A stretch of 63,930 nucleotides of DNA, counting the filler. It is 9 parts of 9 records of this genome, joined end to end, with 100 filler letters (N's around TTAATTAATTAA, not from the genome) between each part and the next. Parts side by side here need not be neighbours in the genome. Positions count along the whole stretch, not along the records: positions 29,479 to 35,903 come from SRR7504441_8481; positions 36,004 to 46,390 come from SRR7504441_8487; 7 more parts are not named here. One strand, written 5' to 3'. Every line of letters starts with the position of its first letter. Position 1 is the first letter of the stretch. A program made the translations under genes and the position numbers. Below are positions 30,185 through 39,391 of the stretch, piece by piece. Below the pieces are notes generated by a model. It was not told the origin of the DNA. It saw only the letters and a list, made by a program, of their open reading frames with translations, and did not search any database.

Positions 30185-30945
30185 TCAATGATCGTCATCG
30201 TCATAGATTGCTTGCGCTCTGGCGTTCGCGTCGGCACCAAGCGCATCATCGGGTTGAGCGGCGGAGTCCATCTCCGCAGACAGTGGCTCGGTTGGGGGCG
30301 GCGCCGGGATAGGCTCGGGCGGCTTGGCTGAACGAGTCGTCTTCTCGGTGGACTTCTTCTCCGTCGGCGAATCATCCACGGTGTCATAGCCTACCCCTCC
30401 CCGGATGGATCGCCCCTAGGCCGGCGGGCACCGGATACGGCTTTGTTGATCGCGGTGTGGTCCTCTACCAGCATCCCGAATTGCTGCTGGAAGGCCTGGA
30501 ACCGAGTGCTGATCCCTCCCATCGCCGCGCTCAGCTCGTCGTACATGTTCTCCACCTGCTCGCCCCGCTGCTTGAGGAACTCCTTGAGCCGATCGTTCTG
30601 GGCGGCCATCTTGCTCAACTCCCGCTGCAGCTGGCTCCGTGCGCCCACCCGCTGGAAGCTCGAACCTGCCGGCTTGGTCGCCCCGGTGCCCACCGGCGCA
30701 GTCTGAGGGGGCGGGATCCCAAACACCTCGTTCGACTCGTAGCACACCGGGGCGGTCAGCCTGAGCGGCTCGGGTCTGGTGGGCTGGTCCGGGTGCTGCG
30801 CTGGGTGCTGGGCCGGGCCGCGCAGCCCGGTGAGCTTGTGCGGTTCATCCAGCAGCATGGCGTAGAGTAGCGCCCGCCGGGCCGCAAACTGCCCAGCGGC
30901 CAGCCCCGGGAACGGCGCCTCCTCCCGCGGCCGCTTGGCTGGCAT
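30185..30945 (-). CDS. Hypothetical coiled-coil protein, 2 exons
   Basis: Intron 30391-30431 (41 nt) joins ORFs 30391..30945 and 30185..30379 in frame. Confidence 0.55.
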
Positions 30946-31037
30946 CCTCTGATCCCTGGGATGAGCGAGGTGCCAACCGCACTCCGTTGCAGTCGCTCAA
31001 TCAGAGGTGGTACATAGCCGGGCGAGGGGCGAAGGAG

Positions 31038-32567
31038 ATGGCGGGGGAGGGGGGGTCGTACCTCGGGGTGACCCCTCCGATCTCGGTCAAGCCGCCGAGC
31101 CCCGAGGAGCGGCGGGCCACCGAGCAGCTGGTTCGCCACCTAAAGTCTGTAGACGCTCTGCAGACTTCTGCAGTCACCGCCCGCGGCACCGCCGCCCTCG
31201 CAGAGCTCACCGAGCTGGTCGAGGGCTGGGCCCGGGCGCTCGGGGCCCAGCGGGGCGCGGCGGACCTGCCCGGGGCCGCCCTGGCCCGGCTGCTTCCGTT
31301 CGGCTCGTTCGAGCTGGGCGCGGCCGACCCAAAGGCCGATCTGGACCTGGTGCTGCTGGCTGCCCGGTCGATCAGCCGGGCCGACTTCTTCGGGGGGCTG
31401 ACCGAGCTGCTCCGGGCCCGGCCAGAGGTGGGCAAGCTGCACCCGGTCCCGGAGGCTCGGGTGCCAGTGACCAAACTCCAGTGGAAAGGCCTGCCGGTGG
31501 ACCTGTTGTTCGCCGGGCTGCCGGCGGGCAGGGTGGACGGGCTCGAGCTGGAGCAGGAGGCTTTGCTGCGCAGCCTGGACGAGCCGACCGTCCGTTCGAT
31601 CAACGGTGCCCGAGTGGCGGCCGGGCTGCTCAGGCTGGTGCCCGATCCGGAGAGCTTTAGGCTGGCGCTGCTCGCGATCAAGCTGTGGGCCAAGCGGCGG
31701 CTCATGTACTCCAACGGAATGGGCTTGTTCTCCGGGGTGGCGCTCGGGATCATGACCGCCCGCGTCTGCCAGCTCTATCCGCAGGCCGCCCCGGCCGCGC
31801 TTGTGTGCAGGTTCTTCAGGCTGTTTGGGCAGTGGAAGTGGCCGAATCCCGTTTTGCTCCGCCCGATCGACCTCACTGACCCCCGCAGCTGGAACCCGGC
31901 GACCAACTTCGCAGACCGACGGCACTCCTTCCCGGTGATTACCCCGGCGGTGCCCACCATGAACGCGATGGCCTACTGCTCGCCTGCAATCTCTCAGCTG
32001 CTAGTCGCAGAGCTCAAAAGAGGAGCCGGGCTGTGCGACAGAGCCGAGGCCGATTGGACACAGGCCGACTGGAGCTCTCTGTTCGAGCGGCCTGGCTTCT
32101 TCCAGCGGTACAGGCACTACCTGTGGATCCAGCTAGCTGCGAGCTCTGCTGCGGGGTTAGATGTCTGGCTCGCGCTGGTCGAATCGCGGCTCAGAGCGCT
32201 GGCCGGAGCCATAGAGAAGCTCCCAGCCGTGCAGCTGGTCCAGCCCAACCCAGTGGCCCACCGGCTGCCGGGCACCGCCGAGCACGGGCACTGCGCGGGG
32301 CTGTTCTTCGGACTGCTGCTGGACAAGAAACAGCTGCCTTTAGACCTGACAAAGTGCCGGGACGACTTTGTGGCCAGCGTGCGGGAGCCGCGGCTTGGGT
32401 TCGTCGAGCGGCAGATGATGATCCGGCTGGAGCACTGCAAGCAGTCCCAACTGCCTGTGGTCGAGGCGGCTGGGCTCGAGCCGAGGCTGGCCAAGCGCAA
32501 GCGGAGCAGCCTGGCCGAGCTTTACGACGAGTCGCCCCCGACCAAGCGGGGCAACGCCACCCGATAG
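31038..32567 (+). CDS. Canonical-family poly(A) polymerase, divergent, intronless
   Basis: YLGVTPPIS, FGSFELG..ADLDLV, VPEARVPV, VDLLFA, RSINGARVA, FRLALLAIKLWAKRR, ARVCQLYP, WKWPNPVLL, PVITPAVPTMN, LVESRLR. Confidence 0.93.
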   Translation: MAGEGGSYLGVTPPISVKPPSPEERRATEQLVRHLKSVDALQTSAVTARGTAALAELTELVEGWARALGAQRGAADLPGAALARLLPFGSFELGAADPKADLDLVLLAARSISRADFFGGLTELLRARPEVGKLHPVPEARVPVTKLQWKGLPVDLLFAGLPAGRVDGLELEQEALLRSLDEPTVRSINGARVAAGLLRLVPDPESFRLALLAIKLWAKRRLMYSNGMGLFSGVALGIMTARVCQLYPQAAPAALVCRFFRLFGQWKWPNPVLLRPIDLTDPRSWNPATNFADRRHSFPVITPAVPTMNAMAYCSPAISQLLVAELKRGAGLCDRAEADWTQADWSSLFERPGFFQRYRHYLWIQLAASSAAGLDVWLALVESRLRALAGAIEKLPAVQLVQPNPVAHRLPGTAEHGHCAGLFFGLLLDKKQLPLDLTKCRDDFVASVREPRLGFVERQMMIRLEHCKQSQLPVVEAAGLEPRLAKRKRSSLAELYDESPPTKRGNATR

Positions 32568-32801
32568 CGGCTAGATATAAAGCGTACGTGATTGTAAAAT
32601 GAAATGTAACATGGATTGTAGCTAGCTACCGTATAGTGAATTCATTTTTGTACTGGTAAAGAGCTCAGTTTAGCCTCCGAGAGGAGATCGACCTTGCGCA
32701 TGCCTCAAGTGTCACACCCAGTCCCTATACATACCGTAGCTAGCAGGTCGTTAAGCTGACCATGATATAGGCGAGATGAAGATAATATGCAGTACACGTA
32801 G

Positions 32802-34351
32802 TTACAGCTCACGGTCGTTGCGGGCCCTTGCCACTCGCCGAGCCCAATCGGCCGTCCTGGCATCGATATCGGCAGGAGGCCCCCACCAAATGTTGACGGC
32901 CGAGTGCAGGCCCGCCTCGCCATCCGGCTCGCTCTCCACTTGATGCAGCCAGCCGGCCGGAAGGTACAGCCCGTCGCCCGCCTTGAGCGCGACCTCCAGT
33001 CCTCGCCTGTGCAGATCAGCCGCCGCCTTCGCAAACGGAGTCCGCCAGCCGCCGTTGGGATCGGTTCGGATCAGCCGCGAGAACACCTGTCGCCCGGCTG
33101 GCGCTGGCCCGGCGGTCGGCGCACGGCGTTCTGGAACTCACTGCTGCCCTCCCACTCGGCCGGCTTGCCCTGCTGGCCGGTCCAATCGTAGCTGATCCTG
33201 CCAGCCGGGGAGACATGCCTCACCCGCGAGGTGAGCATAGCCCCAACGGCCTCCGACGGCGGGAACACTCGGAAGCGCTTGGCTCCGGCGAGCAGCACGT
33301 AAAGGTTGTCGACCGAGTCGCTGTGGAGCGCCCCGGCCGTCTTGCCGCCCCCCAGCCATAGCGAGACCATCTGCCAGAGCTCAGCCGCCTGCAGGGCTCC
33401 CCGCGCTACCTTAACCGGCCCGCCGAGCCGCGGGAGCGGGAGCAGCCTCTTGAGCCTGTGGACCGGCCGTGTGTACGGCGGCTTGGGCTGGTCGAATAAG
33501 TCTGGCTGAAGGTTGAGGTAAAGCCCCCACTGGCTCGCGTCCAGCCCTCTCCGCTCCAGGCAGCCAGCCCGGGGCAGCCGAGGGTCCAGATCGGCCAGCA
33601 CCCAGTCCAGCCGGCACAGCAGCCGCCGGTGATTCTCGTCGGCCAGTCCCGACACCCCGCCCTCCCGCCGGACTGCTTCGGCCACCACAGGCTCGTCGCC
33701 AGCCTCGGCAGCCAACTCAGAAGCGTTGGACAGCACCCGCTGGGCCGGGTCCCAGCCGAGCATCGCCGCCGCCCCGGGGAGCAGCAGCGGCTGCCGCCGA
33801 CTGACAAACCCCTCGAGGGCGTCGCCGGAGAACAAGCTGTCGGCCTCGAGTAGCTCATCGCCCGCCCAGCCGCTGTACTGGCCGCCGCTCCCGGCTGGAG
33901 AGACACTGGCGGCCACCGGCTGGCCCAGCGCACGGTCGCAGAGCAGGCTGGTCCAGAGCAGCGCGTCCCGCACCCGGAGCCCGAGCGGCTGGCGGAGCAG
34001 TCGGTCTAGGATCGGCTTGGCCTCGGCTGGCCGGCCTTGGGCTAAGAGCAGCTCGGCCCGCTTGCCTTCGGTGGCCAGCTGCATCTCCTCCGAGAGCTCG
34101 GACAGCCTGATCGAGCCGAGCTGGGCCTCGGCCTCGCGCAAGGCGTTCTGGTCAGCCAGGAGCACCGCCAGATTGTACTTATCTCGATCGGTGCAGGCGG
34201 CCATCGGCTGGCCGGGGACCCACTCCGAGGGCGGGGCGCACGCGCGGAGCATCCTGCGCACCAGCATGTCCACCTGGGCTATGCTCTGCAGCGGCCCAGC
34301 CTGCGCTGACCACACGCAGCCGAGCAGCAGCAGCAGCGCGCCATTGGCCAT
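32802..34351 (-). CDS. JmjC/cupin-like hydroxylase with signal peptide and helical N-region
   Basis: SLWLGG..ALHSDSVDNLYVLLAGAKRFRVFPP and LKAGDGLYLPAGWLHQVES..AVNIW supply HxD...H; intron 33087-33124. Confidence 0.85.
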
Positions 34352-34550
34352 GTTTCTTGTGCTTCTTCAATCAATCGAACCCCAACGCTTCTGCTGAATA
34401 CACGCTTGCCGTGGTGTGGCAAAACAGGCAAATACATGTAACAACGGCAAAGCCTAGATCTTAGTATGTTGTATTATCAGTTCTAAGCATTTGATAATGG
34501 GCTTGTGCACACCTAGTGCACACCCAGCAAAATAAATAATGCATCCGACG

Positions 34551-35741
34551 TCAATATTTGTCGAAGTTGGTCATTATCTTTTGAGTCACAAACTCGCCAT
34601 ACGGCACGCTCAGCGCGTCCCGCCACTCGCTCTTGGTGCCATACTGCTCCACCTGCCCCTCTCTCCGGCTGCGCTGGTACTCGTCCCAGTCGCGCGCCGA
34701 GTACCCGCCGCCGTGCCGCTCTGCCGCCTTCACTAGGCACTGCTGCGGCAGCGGGCTGACAACGTCATCAAACGCCGGCTCCATGAAGAAGGGCACCGAC
34801 ACCCGGGCCGGGCCGTCTCGCTCGAACACCGGGGCCATCACCCGGTGCGGGGTGGCTCGGTACAGCCCGGCCGTCCAGAGCTCTACCATGTCCCCGATGT
34901 TGCACACGAAGCTCGCCTGCTCTCCCGGCTCGAGAGGCGACACGCCAATCCACTCGCCGGAGCCTCGATCGCGCACCTGCAGGCACTCGGCCCGGCTGCC
35001 CGGGGTGCTATCCGCGTTGACCAAGGTCAAGCAGCCGTAGTCGGTGTGCGCGCCGCAGCCGACTGCAGCCGGGCCACGGACCGGCGGGTAGCTGATCAGA
35101 CGGAGGATCCAGAACGAATCGCGACAGGTGCCCCCGAACACGCTGTCCTGCTGGTCCGGCCGGAGCAGCAGCGACTGTCCGAGCACTTGGATCACCCGGC
35201 CGCCGAGCTCGATCATCGCCTGCTGGTACGCGCCGGCCGGCCCAAACATCCGGTCAAACTCTCCCGCCAGACCGAGCTGCTCCAGAGTGGCCGGCTCGCA
35301 CCCGTCCAGCGCGTGGCTGGGCAGCTGATTCCGCCCGTCCAGCGGGCCTATCCGGCCGGCCAGCCTGTGACCCGGCCCGAGCTCCCGCAGCAGATCCACA
35401 GCTTCGTGCCCGTCCGGCTCGCCGGCGGTGGTGTTGTCCCCCAGCGGCTGGTAGCCCCGGCCGACCCCGAACCGGCCGCCGGGGCTCGGCTCGCGGGCCA
35501 TCCGTTGCTTCAGCCGGTCGGGCCACCGCTCGAAGAACTGCCGGGCCAGCTCGCGCGCTTGGAGCGCAAGGCTGGCCGGAATTCCGGTGTTGACCAGGTG
35601 GAAGAAGCCGACGTCCCGGCAGGCCCGGTGCAGGGCCGCTGCTGGGTCCGTGCCGGCCAGGTCCACCACCGGGATCACCGGCCCGCCCGAGAAGCGCCGC
35701 GCCTGGGCCGCCAACCGTCGTCCCAATCGGCGCCCAGCCAT
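34551..35741 (-). CDS. 2OG-Fe(II) oxygenase, IPNS/DIOX_N family, likely mitochondrial
   Basis: IPVVDL, ACRDVGFFHLVNTGI, LRLISYPP, CGAHTDYGCLTL, NIGDM..WT.G.Y..TPHRV, RVSVPFF; Arg-rich presequence MAGRRLGRRLAAQARRFS. Confidence 0.93.
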   Translation of the reverse strand: MAGRRLGRRLAAQARRFSGGPVIPVVDLAGTDPAAALHRACRDVGFFHLVNTGIPASLALQARELARQFFERWPDRLKQRMAREPSPGGRFGVGRGYQPLGDNTTAGEPDGHEAVDLLRELGPGHRLAGRIGPLDGRNQLPSHALDGCEPATLEQLGLAGEFDRMFGPAGAYQQAMIELGGRVIQVLGQSLLLRPDQQDSVFGGTCRDSFWILRLISYPPVRGPAAVGCGAHTDYGCLTLVNADSTPGSRAECLQVRDRGSGEWIGVSPLEPGEQASFVCNIGDMVELWTAGLYRATPHRVMAPVFERDGPARVSVPFFMEPAFDDVVSPLPQQCLVKAAERHGGGYSARDWDEYQRSRREGQVEQYGTKSEWRDALSVPYGEFVTQKIMTNFDKY

Positions 35742-35824
35742 TTTACACTTGAGCAAAAGTCCGCTCGTTGAGGTGGGCTCGGTCGGAGTACCAGCGCAGC
35801 GGTCGGCACGGCGGGGTAGCGGGG

Positions 35825-35903
35825 ATGGTGCGGCCGGGCGAGGTGGGGGTGAGGGCTGGGGCAGAGCTTGACGCTGCACACCTCGCTGGGGGACCTCAAG
35901 ATC
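35825..35903 (+). CDS. PPIL3: Cyclophilin PPIL3-like, 5' fragment
   Basis: ATG-only first coding exon, intron 35828-35864, then SLTLHTSLGDLKI, matching the PPIL3 start MSVTLHT.xGDIKI. Confidence 0.65.
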
Positions 35904-36003
35904 NNNNNNNNNNNNNNNNNNNNNNNNNNNNNNNNNNNNNNNNNNNNTTAATTAATTAANNNNNNNNNNNNNNNNNNNNNNNNNNNNNNNNNNNNNNNNN
36001 NNN

Positions 36004-36867
36004 AGCCTCAGCCGCACAGCCCGCACCATTCGGCGCACCTGCACACACTCAGCTGATCCAACCCGAGCAGCCACCTGGTGCTTCCTGCCCTCATGCACTC
36101 TTATCTCGATGTCAACCACCTACCCCGCAGCTCACCCGACCGGCCGACGGCCAGACTGCCTGCTCCTCCCGGCAGCTGTGCTTGTCCCCCGTGCACTTGC
36201 GGTTGCACACCCTCACGCTCCGCCTTGAGCTCTCGATTAGCCGCGCCTGAGCCGGGCGGGTGCGCAGCTGCTGCCCATTCTCGCCAATATCTACGCCTAC
36301 ACTCGGTTGGACCAGGCCAGCCTGCTGTGGGCGGGCACCCTCCGCCAGCTGCGTCAGCTCCTGCGCACTGGGCCGGCCGTCCGCCGCCACCACCGTAGCC
36401 AGATAGGTCTTCCAAAGCCCGAAGTCCGGCTGCGTCATCATCACCTGCAGGTCGCCGTCGTCTGTTATCACCAGCGCACCTGCCCGGGCTCCCGCCTCCC
36501 GGGCTGGCGCGGCACCGGTGGTCTCTCTGTCCAGTCGTCCCACGGGGCGGGCAGTCCCGATCCATTCAGCCGGCAGCAGGTCCGCTACAGAGTGCTCCCT
36601 CCCGGTGGCCATGGTTGTGGTGCACTGGCCCGGCTTGTTGAGCACCGCGTACACCCCGGGCGCCCGCAGCGAGATGGGACGGCCGTCGACAGCCACCACG
36701 TCGGTCGCAGGCTCCACCATAGCGTTGAGCTGGGCGGCCGAACCATTCACCGTGATCGAGCCGGCCGCCCACAGCGCCAGCACCCGGTTGCGCGGGCCCA
36801 CCCCGCAGTCAGCCAGCATCTTGTCCAACCGACGCGGAGGCTCCGCAGGCGCCGCGGCACGCTTCAT
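36004..36867 (-). CDS. RsuA/RluB-family pseudouridine synthase with S4 domain (3' truncated)
   Basis: RLDKMLADCGVG, GSITVNG, LNKPG, catalytic PVGRLDRETTG-ALVITDDG after an in-frame 36-nt intron, KTYLATV. Confidence 0.88.
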
Positions 36868-37004
36868 GCCACGCGGTACCGGTGGTACAGGTAGATCTAG
36901 TGCCGGATTATTTGGCTTATTATGTGTTTTATCATTGCAAACCATCGATAATCTCTTAGAGCCATCTCTAGCATGTGCTTAAGCATGCCCATAATGCCCC
37001 GGGC

Positions 37005-38188
37005 TCACTTCATCATCCACAAGCTAATTGCATAGATCGGCCTTGGCCCGCAGACTGGCCGCATGCTGTGAGACATAGCCTTTGACTGCATCACTAGCAT
37101 CGTGTCCGCAGCCGGGACCACCCGACGGCTCTTGAAAATTTCCTGGCTACTCATCGCCGGGTCGGGCGCTTCACAAGTTAGCTGCATCGTCCCGCCGTCG
37201 AGCTCCGTATACGCGGTGTTCAAGAAGAAATAAATCGAGAGCTCGCGCTCGTTATCGGGCCCGCGGCGGGCCTTGCTCCAGCACGGGTTGTCCAGCATCT
37301 CGGTGCACTCGGGGTGGGATTCGGTCACTCGGGAGAGCACAGCAATCGACCGACGGGTCCCGGAGATCTTAAGTGGCGAGTCCTGCAGCCAAAGCAGGTG
37401 ACTGACAGACTAATTACCGCAGCACCTTGAGCATCGGCAACAGCTCAGCCGCGAAGGTGGCCAGTTTGCCAGCCAGGTCGGCCAACGTGCTCACTTTGAG
37501 CTCCTGCCGCCCACTCAGCCGCCGCTGCACGCCCGGACCGCGCCTGAATCGTATCATCCGAGAGCAAAACCACGTCGCCATGCACTGGCAGCAGCTCGTA
37601 CCCTTCGTACCCCGGCAGCACGCACTTGCCGTGCGGCACTACCTTGCCCCGCGCGAAGCACCGCTCCACCTCCTCAAGTGCCAAGTCCTGTAGCTCGAAC
37701 GGGAATCCAGCTCGTAGCACACAGCAGCCCCGGGTGACCAACGCCTCCACCGCACTCGCCCCGTTCTCCTGCCAACGGCTGAGCACAGCCCGGCACGTGC
37801 GCCGTACCATCGGGCTGCCGTTAGACAGGTCCACATCCGGCCCCTCCTGCTCGGGCCACTCTTCCAGCTCCTCCTCCGAGACCGAGCCCGACGGGAGGTC
37901 TGTGCTCTGGAATGCCTCAAACGCCGCCAGCGCCGCGTCCAGAGAGGCTTTCTTCGCCGCGGCCTCCTGGGCCTCCCGGTCTGGGGCCGCTGCTTCTGTG
38001 TCGGCCGGGCGGCCGGGCGCGGTCATTTCGGCCGCCGGGGGGGCTGGGGCCATGGCCGAGAAGGCGGCGTCTAGGTCGACAGATGAGACGAATCCGGAGC
38101 TGTTGGGCCTGGCGCGGCCCTTGGCAGCCGCCGCCTCCTCGGCAGCCTTCTTCTGCCGCCGCCGCTCCAAGGGCGTCAAGCCGCTCAT
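37005..38188 (-). CDS. EGLN/PHD prolyl-hydroxylase-like protein, apparently inactive; 366 aa, 3 exons
   Basis: EMLDNP..RELSIYFFLN..DGGTMQL..VVPAADTMLVMQS..SHSMRP..IYAISLW; introns 37504-37543 (GC-AG) and 37383-37425. Confidence 0.7.
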
Positions 38189-38273
38189 GACTCTCCCCCG
38201 CCGGCCAACCGTAGAGCTTAACTGAGCTTTAACGGAAAGTGATCCAGATTCACGAAGTGCCCCCGGCCAGAAG

Positions 38274-39098
38274 ATGTTCGCCACTGCCTCTCAAGTGCTC
38301 CTGGTACCCGTCGCAACCGTGGTCCTTGTGCTCATTGCGGTCGCCCTGATCGTTGCCACCGGTCTCGGTCCGATTGTGTTCCTGCCCTTTAGCTTCTGGC
38401 TCGCCGGGAATGTCGGTGGCTCCGGGGGCCACAGCGACCCAGCAGTTGCCCAGCAGCGGCGCTCACAGCTCTCCAACTGCATCAAGCTAGTCGTGATGGT
38501 GGCGTTTCTTTGCGCCGCTGTGCTCGGTATCCAGTCTTTCCCAGACTCCACAGAAGCACAGGCAACTGCACCGCTGCCAGAGGCGAACATATCCGACGCC
38601 GATGTTGTCAGCGACGAGGCAGGCTTCATCGGCGCTCTGAAAAGCATCGGAAAAGCCATATACGCTGTATTGGCCGAGGCATTTTGGGCTGCCATGGGCT
38701 CAGTGGCAGCAGAAGTTGGCACAAAGAAGGGCACCGACTCCGTGGTGCGTGGTGTGCTGGATACAAAGGGGAAGCTGAAGCCTGGTGCCTTTGACACGAA
38801 GGCCCAAAGGCTGCTTGAGGCGCAGATGGCTCACAATGAAACCATGGCGATGGTGGCGACTGCCTTGGCAGTGCTGGTTTGCCAGCTGTACAAGGCGCCC
38901 TTCCAGGTGCGTTGGGCCACGGGTTGCGCGGTGGCGTTTGCAGCCGGCATTGTTGTCATGGCCAAGGCCAAGTCTCAGGCAGCAGTGGCCTATTTGCCCA
39001 CACAGCAGCGCGACGAGCGTGTGCGGGCGGCAATGACGCGGGCAGCTTCTCTTGGATTGCTTGATCGCGGACTACTTACAGATGGTGACCGCCAATAG
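38274..39098 (+). CDS. Hypothetical multi-pass membrane protein
   Basis: 274-aa ORF with several hydrophobic segments, divergent from the previous gene, followed by AT-rich sequence. Confidence 0.6.
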   Translation: MFATASQVLLVPVATVVLVLIAVALIVATGLGPIVFLPFSFWLAGNVGGSGGHSDPAVAQQRRSQLSNCIKLVVMVAFLCAAVLGIQSFPDSTEAQATAPLPEANISDADVVSDEAGFIGALKSIGKAIYAVLAEAFWAAMGSVAAEVGTKKGTDSVVRGVLDTKGKLKPGAFDTKAQRLLEAQMAHNETMAMVATALAVLVCQLYKAPFQVRWATGCAVAFAAGIVVMAKAKSQAAVAYLPTQQRDERVRAAMTRAASLGLLDRGLLTDGDRQ

Positions 39099-39391
39099 AT
39101 CTCATAATTATAACGTTATTTGCTACTCGTATACGAGTAACCACTGACTAATAAATGAATGTATTCACTTGTAATATACTTGTTTATACCCCCCGAATGC
39201 GTGTAATAATCCAGCGATCAAGATCAGAAAGACAAAAATTTATTTATACTTGTAACACATCAGTTGAGTCAACACAATTATCAAACCGTCTAAAATATTG
39301 TAGGAGCAAACTCGATGGTGATTTGCATGCATTCGTGAGTGCGCTATAGACTAGCACTCTACAAAAGCATCAAGTCTCCGCGCTGGACCGC

